From assembly GCA_963663965.2 (NCBI GenBank), contig CAXXFK010000033.1:96001-160000 (forward strand): a stretch of 64,000 bases of DNA, read 5' to 3'. Of this stretch, positions 9,653 through 24,600 are shown in pieces (positions within the stretch are counted from its first letter, which is position 1; the number at the start of each line of letters is the position of its first letter). Origin of the DNA: Sedimentisphaerales bacterium. GTDB taxonomy: Bacteria; Planctomycetota; Phycisphaerae; Sedimentisphaerales; SM23-30. A program made the position numbers and the translations under genes. The notes below the pieces were generated by a model. The model made no database searches. It had not been told where the DNA came from and saw only the letters and a program-made list of their open reading frames with translations.

Positions 9653-12600
9653 ATGTCATTGTTGAGAAAATTACGTCGTCGTGAACATGAGACCAGAGGC
9701 CGTAACCAGGGACAGGACAAGCGCGGTCGATCCGGGATGATTCTTGAGGCGTTGGAGCCACGTGTCATGCTGGCAGCCGATCTGGCGGTGAACATGATGC
9801 CGACGGATCTGCCGCTGGTGAACTGGGGCGGTGATATCATGTTCGATGTGGGTATCGACAATGAAGGGACCCCTACGACCGATGACCTGACCAGCGGATC
9901 GGCGACGGTGAAGTTTTATATCGACACCAATCAGAACGGGACCCTGGATCTGACCGATACCGGCTCGGGTGTGGATGACGAGATCACCTCTGTCGTGCCG
10001 GTCAATGATACGAGTCTGGGCTACAAGCCCGTTGAGTCTGCCACTGGACTTTTCGGTGGATAATCTGGCCGGGGGTGACAGTCTGGGGGGGGCCTATACC
10101 CTGACAATGCCGGCACAGGATAACGGAACCAGCGGCGATACCAGTGATGACTGGGCGGTGGGTGATTACTCGATCTTTGTTCATGTGGATGGCTCGAGCG
10201 TGGGTGACACGGTCACGACCAATGATATCGCATCGATACTGATTCCGATCGGTCCGACCAGTCCCAGCGGATCGACTTTACCGGAGTTAAGCGTAGAGAA
10301 GTTTTATACCCCCGAAGTGGATAAACTGGCGTGGGGTGAGACCTATCCGGCCGAAGCGATGATTATGAACCGGGGTGACGCGGGAATCAGCGGTTCAGTG
10401 AATGTGTCGGTCTTTATCAGTCCGATGCCGATGCTGGTTCCGGGGCGCGGTTAATGTATCGCCGACACCGGGGACACTGGCGTCAATCAGCGCCAATACC
10501 AGTGAATACGTGGAAGTCACGATCGATTTGAGCGGGTTATCGGCCCGTCCAACCGGCGGCTACTGGGATATCCAATTCGATGATGAACTGACCGATCCGG
10601 TTTATCTGATTGCCGTTGTGGATGGGACATCCCTTGACACGACAACCGGGCAGATTACCGATGGCAGTGAAACAGAGTATTACGAGTCCAATAACTTTTT
10701 ATCATCGTCTTTGTTCGATGAGCCGGCTGAGATTGTCGATTCGGCGACGATAACCGGCCAGGCAGATTTGCAGGGCCTGGAATTGCTGGTCGATAAAAAT
10801 CCGGATGGCACCGATACCACGGATAATAGTGTGCCAAGGATCGCCTGGGGGAATACGGCGGTTACCGGCGGATTGGCGGCAATTGTCTATAATGCCGGAA
10901 CTGCCGCAGGCGCTTATGATATCACGGTGAAGGCATCGCCGGATACCGATTATGATAATACGAATGCATTCAGCTTTGGAACGATCAATCTCTCGAGCGG
11001 TACGACAGCGCTGGGGGTATATTGACCAGGCGATCGATACGGCTGATCTGAGTGGAACGGGCTCCAATATCACCATAGCCCCAACTGGATTCACCGATCA
11101 GTCATTTGCCTATGTGATTGGACGGGTGGATTCGGGAAGCGCCATTACGGAAAGTGATGAGACGAACAACGATACCCACGCAGTTAAGGTCTGGGTTGGT
11201 GATTTTTATACGGGCGGCGCCGACCTGATTTCTTATGAAGTGGATATTACCACGGATGGCGGCACTGATATTGCGGATACCACCCTGTTCTGGGGTGATG
11301 AGATTACCCTGTCCGCCACGGTAGCCAATGTCGGGGATACGGCGGTGGATGGGACATCGACGCCATTTGGCATGCGGTTTTATCTGAGCGCGGATAATGT
11401 TCTGGATGGCGGGGATACGGAGTTGACCAGCGCCAATCTGACGGTCAGTACCCTGTTGAACAATGGGGAAATGGTGACCATGAATGGCAGTACGCCGGTA
11501 TCGTTACCGGAGCCGACCAGCGTGAGCGGCACCACTTACTATATTATCATGGATATCGACGCATCCAATGGCACCGGCACCATTACGGAAGTGAATGATG
11601 AAGGCGCCGGAACGAATAATAATCAGGTTGCGGTACCGATTACTGTTTATCGGACGGACCTGGGATTACAGAATACCAATTTTGTAGATCCCACCGATAA
11701 TTCAACTCCTCGCTCTCTGGACTGGGGAGATCAGGTTCAGATCATGTTTGATATTGCCAATTATGGTCCCAACAGTCTGGGCAGCGGGACGGCAACCGTT
11801 GATATTTTTGTGGATTTGAACGGGAACGGGGTTTATGACTCGGGTGAAGGTGAACAGCAGACCATCGATTTCAGTTCGACTCCACTCAATGTTAATCAGA
11901 CCATGCAAAAGGATGTGACCCTGACATTACCCAGCAGCGGTACGGATGGCGATTTTGAAATTATCGCCAAAATCAGCGGTATTGAAGAGAGCTATACGGC
12001 CAATAATACCGTTTCGCTGGAACTGCCGGTGGGTGATATGGATTCGATTTCAGGGATCGATCTGATCGGTGTGCAGGCGGCGATTCCGGTCAATACGGAT
12101 CTGGTCTGGGGTGGGTCAGTGGATGTTCCGGTGGTGATTATGAACCAGGGTGGTACTAACCTGACGGCTGATTTCGAAATGCAGGCTTATTTCAGTATGG
12201 ATATGCAGCTGGACAGTGATGATATCGCGCTGGGTAGCGCGGTAACGGTAACTGATGATATTGCCGCCGATGGTTTTTCGGTGCAGGCAGTGACCGTGAC
12301 ATTACCCAGTTTGAGCGCGGCCCAGGCTGTCTATGGCACCAGCGCATCCAGCAGCTCGTATGTCCTGATATTCAAGATCGACAGCGCAACCACCCCGGCG
12401 GTTACAGAAACCTATCGCAGCAATAATGTCCTTGTCAGTGATGTCTTAACGAGTCTGGTCAGCAGTTCTACCCCGGTTACGGGCGCGGATCTTGCGGGAC
12501 AGCATCTGGTTGTACCTGCTTTATCGCGCAGATCGCTATTGGTCTGGGGCAGTACGGTGGATGTTTATGCCAATTTCAGTAATATTGGTGACACGACCTA

Positions 12601-15600
12601 CACGGACGGGACCGGGATGGAGGTGGCATATTATTTGTCTCCGACTTCCAGTTTACCGGCGGATCCCAGTAGTGATCCGGGTATTCTGGCATTGACCCCC
12701 ACTTCGGCCCAGACGCCGGTGACATCTCTGGCTTCAGGAGTCGCGACCAATGCCGCCATGACCGCTGTAACCTTGACGGTGCCGGCCATGCCAACCAATC
12801 CGGCAAACCAGTATTATCTGATTGCCCGGGCAGCCACTCCCAGCGATGATGCGGATCCCACCAACAATGATATTATTTTGATGGATAATACCGGTTCCTC
12901 CATGCAAATCCAGGTTCAATCGGCCGATCTCATGCCGGATGTTGAGGACTATGACACGGAATTTTCGGTCGTCTGGAAATTTGGCAATACCTACACCCTG
13001 GCGGTTGACGCGTTGAATGTTTCTTCGGTGGATGTGGATACTTCCTTTACGATTGATGTCTATTTGACGCCCATTGAACCGGCCCTGGATTCGATAATGA
13101 TCTCAGATCTGAGTGATACCACGGTCTTTTATCCGTTGACGGCAACATCCGTGACGGTTACTTCGCTGGCCGGACAGGAATCCTCGGTCAATGATGTGAA
13201 TGTGACGCTTCCGGCGGATGCCAGTGGTTTTACTACTACGGCAACCAACGATACCTATTACCTGCTGTACGTGGTGGACAGCGGCGAGGCGATTACGGAA
13301 ATGTCCGAAGACAACAATATGGACTGGGTGGAGGTGGTGATCAGCGCGACGGCCGGTACCGGACAGGACGTTGAGATGCTGGATGGTGAATTCGATCTGG
13401 AGAGTGTTTCCGATGAACAGCTGTCCCAGTTGCAATGGAATCAAACCTATACCGAAGCGGGGATGTTCGACATTTATAACGCCGGCGGAGCGATTAATAT
13501 TGATTTTGACGTTACCTTCAAGTTGTCGACAGACCGGACCTGGGATACCGGCGATACTGATTTTGCTGCCAGCAGCGGTACGTATACGGTGCCGGGTGCT
13601 ACCACGGCATTTGCTTCCAAAGGGATTCTGGGAGTCGATCTGGATTTGCAGACCCCGGCCAGCGGAACGGATGGTTTGTATTATGTCATCGCGCGTGCAG
13701 ATGCCGGCGGGGCGCTGACCAGCGAAACGAATACCGACGATAACGATTCGGATGTGACTCCGGTATTTGTGGGGAGTTGGCTGACGGGTGGTTCGGATGT
13801 GCTGGTGCTGGATGGCGAATTGGAAATGGGGGCGGCTGATGGCTCAATTTCAACCGCGACGACTTATGGTGTGAACGATTATGTTAAATTTGATTTTGAG
13901 ATGGTCAATATCGGCGCCACGGCGGTGTCCGGAGATTTTGAGGCCCAGTTCTATATCGCCAAGAGCGGGGATGATACCAATAAGCAGTTGTTGACCTCTT
14001 ATACGATTCCGACGGATGGCAGTAATCCGCAGGCGATGTCAACCTGGTTCCATAACAATGCCAGCACTCCGATGACTTCCGGACGGATTTTGACTTATGC
14101 CAATCAGGTTTTGATCCCGGAAATTGCCGCGAACAATATGAGTTCGACGGGTGAATATGAAATTATTATCGAGTTGAATTCCGGGACTACGACCATTACC
14201 GAACTAACCGGAGGCGATACCAATAATACGTATACAATTCCCATAGAACTGGATATTGCCGATATGAGTTTCGATACTTCGAATACGGTGATGCCGGGCG
14301 GGGCCGGGAGTTTATGGGCCAGTCCGGTGGATGTGGTGTGGGGTGAGAGTGTAGAGATGGAAGTGGTGGTTGCCTCGGGGACCAGCAGTGATCTGCTGGA
14401 TGTCGGCTTGACAGCGATATTGGATGCCGATGGCGACCTGTCAACAACCACTGACCAGACGGCACTGACCCTACTTGATGATAACGATGCGACACTGACG
14501 ACGATTGATTTGCTGGATGGCCAGGACTGGGAAGGGAATCTGGCGGTGACGTTACCATCTACGGCGCCAACCGGCTGGTCAAACGGCACTTCGGTGATTG
14601 CTTTGATCCTGGATAGCGGCGATGCCGTTTTTGAGCAGGATGAGACCAACAACAGTCTCAGTCAGGCCCTGACGATTACCGATTCGGCTTCACGTACTTT
14701 TGGGGGGAGCGGCACGGCCGATCTGGTGTTGATCGAAAGTATGGTGGACTGGCATGATGATTCCGGGGGAACCTACTGGGGCAGCTGGGTGCCGATGTCG
14801 ATTACGGTGTATAATGACGGCGATACCGCGGCTGGTGCGTTCAATATTACCCTATCGTATTGTACGGGAACTTATGACGCAACTTCTGTTATCAATGGCA
14901 CTGCCGCATATAAAGTAGTGGATTATGAAACTCTTAACAGCGTTACACCGGCAACGGGTCAGACGGTGACGGATGGCTCGTCGATTGTTGTCAGCGATTT
15001 GCAACCGGGTGAACTGTTGGAGATCGAAGCGATCGTCAAACTGCCCGATTACAGTACGTCGATTGCTTCCAAGACCTCTTTGATCGCGATGATTGACAGT
15101 GATCCGGATGCCAGTGAGGATGGCGGGACCGGCAAAGGGGATGTGGATGAAGGCAGTCTGGAGACGAATAATGAGGCCGATGTCGATACGCTGACCTTTG
15201 CCAGCGCGACCGATCTGCTGGCCGGCAAACTTTCAGTCGATACTTCCCTGAGCGGGTTGAATCCGGGCGAAACCATCACGGTTACGGCCGGGGTGGTCAA
15301 TCCCACCCAATACGGCGATAACGCCGTCATCCAGTACCATTCTGACCAGTTTTTATTTGTGGCCCAATCCATTGGGCGGACCGGGGCAGAATGGGGAAGT
15401 AATATTGACATCCACCCCGCTGTTTTCGTCGACTTCCATTGCGGCCGGTACGGGATTGACCCAGCAGGTTGTTCTGACGTTGCCAGACAGTATGTCGGCG
15501 GGCACCTATTATCTGGCCATGGTGGTTGACAGCAGTAATACCGTGGATGAGACGGGCGCGGAAAAAGGCGAATTGAATAATGTGGCGGTTCATCCGGTAT

Positions 15601-18600
15601 CGTTCGATATTGGGGATGTCGAATATGATCTGTATATCGATCCCGCGGTGAATAGTAATACCGGAGTCACCTTTGTCGACCCGATGGGGACCCCGATGGT
15701 GGGAGATCCCGTCTTTACGGTTGACGCGCCGTTCCATGTGCAATTTGTGCTTGCCAATGGCGGAACCGGTGTGACGGGAAATGTCACAGCGACGATAGGA
15801 ATCTATACGGCAGAAGATGCGACCGCACTGGTCGGCGGCAGCGACCGGGTGGTTTCGCTGGGATCGGTTTCCGGCGGCAGTCTGGGCTACAGCAATACCG
15901 AACAGATGCAATTGTCCAATCAATTTTATGATTCAACGGCCACTTATTATGTGGGTGTGGTGATCGATCCGGATGGCAATCTGGCCGGTGAGACCGATAC
16001 TACCAACAATACCTATTTTGTACCAGTAACCTTCGAGCAGCCCATGCCGGATATCGAGCCTTATTTCTTCAAGGCCAATGATGTGGGCGCGCCGGGGGAA
16101 CTGCAGGCCGCGCCGGGCGATGAGATTTATCTGCATGGTGAAATCCAGAACAATACCAATATAGCCGTCGATCAGGCGTTCCGGGTGCAGTTCCAGTTAC
16201 GTGACAGCACGGGCGCGCTGGTCACGGGCGCGGCCTGGAATGTGGATGTTCCCAGTATTGGCACGCCGGATATGGGCAATAATACTGTTTTTGTCGATCT
16301 GCCGATATTTCTGCCGGTTGACCTGGATCTGACCCAGACTTATCAACTGGTGATGATCGCCGATAATGATAATTCGGTGGCGGAGGGGCTGGAAGACAAT
16401 AATATCACTGACGTTGTAACACTGACCTTGCGTGAGCCGGAAATCGATCTGGTCTTGCAGCCAATCAAGCTGACCTTGCCGACAGAAGGACTGACCTGGA
16501 GCCAGGGTCTGAATGTCGATTTTCAGATCAACAGTTATGGTGACAGCAGTTCGCCGCCGAGCAAGGCCGGGATCTATCTGAGCACCAGCGCTACCGATCT
16601 GACCGGTGCGATTTTACTGGATGAAGTGGATGTTCCGCAAATCTATCCCGGTACGTTTTACCGACAGAATACCTGGGTCATGCTGCCGGATAATATGGAT
16701 AAGGCGCTGGCCGATGGCGGCTATTATATTGTGGTACAGGCAGACAATCTGAATGACGTGGATGAAATGATGGGCGGCCAGCCGGTTGAAGGTAATAATC
16801 TCCAATCCAAAGCAGTCCAGATTGTCAGCCCGACAGTCAATCTGATCCCGGATTATCCTGCCGATTTTATCTTTGAACCGACTATTTATCGCAATATTCC
16901 GTTTATGATGCCTGTTGAAATTCGCAACGATAGTTTTGGCATTGTGGATACCCCTTTTGCCGTGCGTGTGGTCATCAGTTCGGATGCCACGTACGGGAAT
17001 GCTGACGACTTGTTGTTGGGTGAGTTTACCGTTGCCGCGATGGAACCGAATGGATACTGGTCCAATGATCTGGAATTCCAATTCCCGGACGCATCGGTTC
17101 TGCCTGATGGACCCTATCGGATATTTGTCAGTGTGGATGCGGATAATGCCGTGGTTGAAGCCAATCCGGATGGGACTGATGCCGAAAGCGACAACCTGGT
17201 ATCGTTCCGGACGGAACTGACCACGCTGAATCTGGTTGAAGGGGTAGAACTGCATCTGGAGATGATCGAAAGCGACGGCGTCAATACCATCAGCTGGGGC
17301 GGGAGTTATCCGGATCAGTTTTTTGCCGGACTGATGAATATGGGAACCCAACTGGCAGACAGTTTCGATCTGACGGTATATTTATCGCGGGATGACAAGA
17401 TCGATTCAAACGATCTGGTGGTCAGTACGACGACGTTAAGCGCTCAACCCGGCGAGGTGCTGGATGTACCGGTGGCGATTACCATGCCGGATAATGCCGA
17501 TGAAGCCTTGCCGAACGGGCCGTGGTTCCTGATTGCCAAAGTCGACAGCAGTGACGCGATAGCGGAAGTTGATGAAACCAATAATATTAAATACCGGGTT
17601 ATTAACGTAGGTGAAGTTAAGCAGGGAGTCGATATGGCTTTGAGTGGATTGACCATTCCCATGGAAGCCAATTTCGATGAACAGCTGACGATTGATTTTA
17701 ATGTGGTCAATGAAGGGGATACCTTTGCTGACGCGGAAGTGCGTGTTTATGTCTCGGCCGATCCGATTCCGCTGAACGCGCTGGATACGATCGGATCGGT
17801 GGCGAATATTCCTGTCAATGTTGCCGGGGGCGGTTCGTTCCCACTCACCATGAATTTATGGATGCCCTATAACGATAATCCCGCGATCACGGATGCCTAC
17901 TATAATGTCTTGTTTGTGATTACGAATACCCGAGTTGACGGTCAGCCGGTCACCGAGGTGGAAATTGAGAACAACAGTCTGTATCAGAGCATCCACCTGA
18001 CAACGCCGGTACAGGCGGATCTGGAAGCGGGTGTCTATGTCGATCCTACTACTGGCGGTTTCTATATGCCGGGGATGGGGCAGGCCTTCGATTGGGGCGA
18101 TATTGTCAAACTGGATACGATCATCAAAAATCAGGGCAATGACACGGTCACCGACAGCTTTACGGTGACCTGGTATTTGTCGGCAACCAGTCCCTGGGAT
18201 ATTAATTTCGATGAAGACGCGCTGTATTCGCTAACTTCCGAAACCGTGACGGCTGATATTGCATCATGGGATCAATATATCATTGAAGATCAGGAGGTCG
18301 CGTTGCCCACGGTAGCGCCGTCTCAATTTGGGTCGTACCTGACGGATGGCCAGGGCGAGTTGTTTATTGTGGCCCAGGTGGATAGCGCGGGTGTCATCGA
18401 TGAGATGAACGAAGGCAATAATTACGCCGATCTGCCGGTTTATATCGGATCGCTGCCGGCGGAACTGGATGGCTGGATGGAAATAGTCCCGGAAGCCGGG
18501 ATGTCTTATCCGAGTTTCGAATATGGCTGGGGCCAGACGGTGCCGGTAGCATTGAAATTGCGTAATTTTGGCGGCGGCGACGCGGATAATGTCGATGTGA

Positions 18601-21600
18601 CATTTTTCCTGGCGGAAGACTGGGATATTCAGAATGAAGATGGCAGTCTGAAAACCAGTAAACTGGTACAACTCAATACGATCACTGTGACCAGCATTCC
18701 CAGCGGCGCGGGACTCTGGGATCCGATTCAGAACATGGAAGTTGGCACGGTGATTGTGGATACCGATGTCGAACTACCCGCGGATCGGCCGGACAATTTC
18801 CTGGGCGCGGCGATGAGTTATAATATTATCGCCATGGTCGATTATAATCAGACTGTAAATGAAGATGATGACTATTACAATAATATTTCATCGGTTTATG
18901 TGCATGTACGTGATATCAAACCGGATCTGATATCGTTCTGGGTGGAGTCGGTGAACCTGGAAAGCGGCGTATTTCAGCCCAGTATGATGTGGTCCAGTGA
19001 GACCGATCCGAAACAGATCCGGTTGCATTTTGAAGTTGCTAACCAGGGTACTGCTCCAGCCAGTGATGTGGTGGTGAGCTTTATGCTGGCCAATGCTTCC
19101 GGTGATATTAATACGGCCTATGAATTTGGCCAGACTACCCTGGAACTGCTGAGTAATGATCCAGTCGCCGGGAACAATTCTCTTGGGGATATTGTCCTTG
19201 ATCTGCCGACGCCGGAATCGGTGCCGTTTGTGACTGCCGGGCAGGAGACCGGTTCGTATATCCTGATGATGAAAATCGATCCAACGGATAGCGTGGCCGA
19301 ATCCATGGAAACGAATAATGTCGCACAGATGCCGATACGGCTGGAAAAGGCCGTTGCCAAGATGGTGGTCGGGGACAGCCTGGGGCGCTGGGATGACAAG
19401 ATCATGGAATTTGGGAAGCTGGAAGCCGGCCAGGAAGGCAGTGCGTTTGTCAATATCCGTAATGATGGCAATGGTGAATTGAATATCAGTAATGTTATCA
19501 GCGATAATGCCGCATTTATTGTCGATGCCAGCGAATTACCGCTGGTCGTGGGACCGGGCCAGACGGTCGAGGTGCCGGTGATATTGGCGACAGAAGGCAT
19601 GCAGCCGGGCTATTATACCGGCCGGATTACCGTCTTTGGCGATGATCCGCGTAAACCGCAGGTCTCGTTGGACGCGCGAATTCAGATTGCCCAGTCACCG
19701 GTCGATCTGGCGGTCAGTCTGGTAGACGCGCAACTCGTCACTGAGGAAGGCAATTTCCCGGCAGCCGAAGCATTCTGGGGCGATAAGCTCAGTGTCGGTG
19801 TCAATCTGGCCAACCTGACCCAGACCTCTACCAATGACGGTGTTTTTGCGGATCTGTTCCTGACCGAATCCGCTGATGGTTCGGGATACCGGTATATGCT
19901 CAAGTCGAATGTCAAGCTGAGCCAGATGGCCGGTGAGACCGAGCGGCTCTGGACGGTCGAGCAAACCCTGCCCCTGACCTCTCCATTTGGACATGGCGGG
20001 GCATTGTATCTGGGCGCGGCGATACGCGGTAATGCCCTGGATTACGAACCGGACACTGCCAATAATGCCTTGACAATGCCGTTGACCATCACTACCCGCC
20101 CGCTGGGCGAACCGGATATTCTGCTGGAATCGGTGATCATGCCGCCGGAAGTCGCCCCGGGTGATACCGTTACGGTGGAATTGAAGGTGAGAAACGATGG
20201 TGAGGCGGACGCGACAGCCTTTGGTATCCGGGCGTATCTGTCCGATAGCCAGACCTTGAGCGCCAGCGCGGTTGAGGTGGGCTATGACGCCATGCCCGGC
20301 TTGAGTGTGGATGCCAGCGCGTTGCGGACATTTGAGTTTACCATTCCTGAAGATGCCGCAGAAGGTGTCAAATATTTACTGGTACAGGTTGATACGGACA
20401 ATGTACTGGCGGAATCGAATGAAAATAACAATAGCGCGTATATGCGATTCAGTGTGGAAGCCGGGCCGGCTTCCGACCTGATGGTGGCGCATATCGGTGT
20501 GCCGGATGGTTTGACCGTGGGAGAACCCTTTGTGCTGGAATATGCCGTGGCCAACGCAGGTACCGAGGAAGCGCGTGATGTCCGGGTTGAATTCTACTGG
20601 CGCGCGGTGGGCAGCACCACGACCGGTGAGTTCCTGGGATCGGCCAAGATTGCCAGCCTGATGCCGGTGACTGAAGTGAATGAGCAGACCGCCACGATCC
20701 GCAGTTTGAATTCCTTCCTGGCTCCGCGCATGGTTCAGCCGGGCACCAGTTATGAGATCGTTGGTAAAATCGATCCTTATAACACTTTCCCGGAAACCGA
20801 TGAGACGAATAATCAGTTGATCAGCGAAGCGCTGACACCATCCATGGGCGCCATTGATCTAGCGGGTGCATTCGACAATGCCGCGTTGCCCGCCAGTGCG
20901 ACCTGGGGTGAAGAGTTGGATGTGCCGTTGACGATTACCAATACCGGCGATAAAGAGGCTGCTCCGTTCAATGTCAAGGTGGTCTTGAGTCGCAATAATG
21001 TATTCGATACCAACGATGTCTATCTAACCGAGTGGTCGGTAGGGTCACTGTCGTCTGAAGAAGGCGCCAATTCCAAGACGCTGGATCTGCATGTCTGGCT
21101 GCCGGATTATCTGACTCTGGCGGATGGTAATTTCTATCTGCTGGCACGGGTGGATGATTTCAATAATGTGAACGAGACCGACGAAACCAATAACCTGGTC
21201 GTCAGTAACGCCCTGGCCATTACCGGACTACCTCAATTAAGCGGTTATCTGGTTTCAGTGCCCGATACGGCTAATTATGGTCAGACCATTACGGTCAGCG
21301 ATACGGTGCAGAACTACTCCCGAAGTTCAGCCGGTGAGTTCGAGGTTCGTTATTATCTGTCGCAGGACTGGGAATATCAGGATGGCGTGGATGAACTGCT
21401 CGGTTCGCGCGTGATCACTTCGCTGGCCGGCCAGGCCACGAATAGCGGGACGGTTTCGCTGGAATTGACTCAGCCGGCCGGATTCCCGGATGAGGGGCCG
21501 TTCCATATCGTGATGGTGATCGATGAAGATAACCAGGTGGCCGAGAAATATGAAGACAGCGCCATGGGGCCGGATTTTGCCAGTATGCCGATACAGATTG

Positions 21601-24600
21601 TCTCGCAGGGTATGCCCGATCTGGAGGTTGAATCACTGGAGGCATTGATATTTGAAGAGGTCAACTGGGGTGAGACGGTGAACCTGTCTTATGAGGTGGC
21701 CAATCGCGGCACGGCCGCCTCCGGACCGTTTGACGTGACGTTTTATCTGTCTAAAAATGCCCTGATCACTGCCGATAAAGATGTCGCGTTGGGTACCGTC
21801 ACAATCAGTGACCTGGCAGGATTAAGCAATTATCCCAATTTTGCCGAAGTGACCCTGCCATCAACGAATCCGTTTGTGCTGGCTGGAAGTAATACCGATC
21901 CAATGATGGGCGGACAGTATTATTTTGGTATGATTATCGATCCAACCAACGCAGTAGAAGAGATTGAAGAGACCAATAACGCGGCGGAGGCTTCCGCGAT
22001 CAGCGAAATTGGCAATGTGGTGAATGTCGATCTGGTAGCCCAGGAAGTCTACGGCCAGAGTGGAGCGGCCATTGTACCCAATGAAGATTTTACCGTTTAT
22101 GTCGGTATTTATAACGATGGCAGTGAAGCGGTTGGTAATTTTGGTCTGGATATCTATCTGACTGGAGCGGGGATTATCGACGATAGTGCGGTTTTGCTGG
22201 GACAGTCGACAGTCAGCGCGATCGACGCGCGAGGGTATGCTGCCAAACAAGTTACCGTGAACGCTGACGCGGATACTCTCAATGGTTTTGTGGGCGGTGG
22301 TGGAATGATTGCGGTTGCCATTAATCCCAATAAGACGATTGAAGAAAAGAGTTATACCAATAATACGCTGTATGATCCGGTGATGTTCTCGGTGGAACAG
22401 CCGATTACGGCCGACGCGCAGGCGACTACTATTGATTTTGATTCGTTTGGAACCGTTGCCTGGGGTGACAGTCTGGTCGTGACCTATGAACTGGAACAGG
22501 AAGAAGGTTTCGATCTGCCAGTCAGTATTGTTTTACAGGATCCCACTTCGGGCGGCACCTATTCGCTGCTTGATTTTATCGTGAATGAAGCAGGTTTGAC
22601 CACGATCAGCAATGTTGCCCTGATCAGCCTGCCTCAGACCAGCCCGTTTGGCTACGATGGCGAATTCGAACTGGCGCTCATTATCGATCCATCCAATCTA
22701 CTCGATGAGGTGGATGAGACTAATAACGATGCGTCCGCTACGATTACCATTGGCAGCAACGCGCCCGATCTGGTAGCTCAAGGGCTTTATACCACATCCA
22801 TGGCAGGCGCCGGTGATACGATACAGATCTATGCCGACTTTGCCAACTATGGTTCAGAAAATGCCGGTCGGTTTGATATTTATTATTATCTGATCGATAA
22901 CAATAATGAACTGGATACGGATGATGCCGTTGAGCTGGGCTTTACCACGGTTTCCAGTCTGAGCACTCTGGCTTATTCGCTGGACGTCAAGTCGGTTACT
23001 ATTCCCAATTCGGTGGTTGATGGCAATTATTACCTGGCCATGAGCGTGGATGTTTGGTCGGAAGTGGATGAATCGGATGAAGATAACAATATTGTCATAT
23101 CCGGTGTGCCGTTGTTGATTAATACTGTTACCGTCACACCCGACAGCTATGAACCCAACAACAGCCGGACGGCCGCTGCGACCCTGACGATTACCGATGG
23201 CAGCAGTGGACATCTGGAGGCCAGTCTGCATGATGGCGACAGCGATTTCTATAGTTTTGTCACGCCTTCTGACGCCAACGGTTTTGCTCATATTGAGGCG
23301 GAACCGGATGGCTATCTCAATCTACTGATCAAAGTTTACGATCAGAACGGAACTTTACTGAATACGATCGATTATGAACCCACCTTAGGCGGTTCTGAAG
23401 TTTATAACAGCTTCAGTTTCAGTCCGGCCCGAACCTATTATCTTGAGGTGAGTCCGGTTGGCGGAACCTCGGGTGACTATAGCTTTGATATCGAATTGGG
23501 GCAGGGGTCTGCCGCCGGTGACGATTACGAATCGAATAATACAATCGGAAACGCGGCTTATATTGGTTCCAGCGATATCGGTTTTAGCGGTTTGAGTATC
23601 CATAATAGTACCGACGTCGATTATTATCTCTTTACCGTTCCGGAAAATTCTACCGGTGAGTTTATGATCGGAATTATGAGCGATCCGACCCTTGACGGTG
23701 TTTTGCAGATCTTTGATCAAGATGGCGAACTGATTGGCAGTTCGGACAATACCGGCGCCGGTGGTATGGAATATGTTGAATACGCCGGTGTACCGGGCGA
23801 TTACTATTATGCGGCGGTTCGCGCCTGGGCTCAGAGTACCGGGGCGTATGCCATGAGTCTGGAATTTGAAGAGACCCAGATGCCTGATAGTTATGAATCG
23901 AATGATACCAGGGAAACTGCGTCAAGTCTCACATTGAGCAATAGCGCTTTCAATATATACGATGTCAATATCAACACGACCAGTGATGTAGATTGGTATT
24001 CTGTTACGGTGCCAAGCGGCATGAATACGATTAACCTGAACGCTTACGGCGACGAAGATCTGGATCTCAAACTGGCGCTTTATTCCAATACCGGACGTTT
24101 AGTCAAAGAAGTGAACCGTAACGAAGCCGGTGAATATGAAGAACTGGTCAGCGGCGGCCGCACGCCGGGCAATCAGCTCTTTATCAAGGTCAGTGGGATT
24201 GACAGTTCCCTGGGCAGTTACAGTCTGGGCGGCTGGTTCGAAAATGCCCAGACCGGGGATGACGCCGAGCCCAACAATTATACCAGTGAGGCCTGGCCGT
24301 TGGAGATACCGGCAACCAGCAATTCAACGACGATCCGTAATCTGACGATTCATTCTGACAGTGATGAAGATTATTTCCGATTTACCGCTCCGGCTGAAAC
24401 CGATGGCACGGTGACGATTACCACGACGCCGGCCAGTTCCAGTACGGGTTTGAACCTGTCATTAACCTTGCTGGACAGTGACAAAAAAGTGCTTGCCACT
24501 GCCGATGTCAGCGGCGCCGGTCAGGTTGAGACTCTGACCTGGACCAATACGACCGCACCGATTGAAGCGGGTGAGATGTATTATATTGCCGCGCAAGGCT

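Noticed and set aside
15309..15529. C-terminal ~70 aa of ORF 10952-15529 as real protein
   Set aside because: Out-of-frame read-through; the repeat pattern continues in the next frame from ~15309
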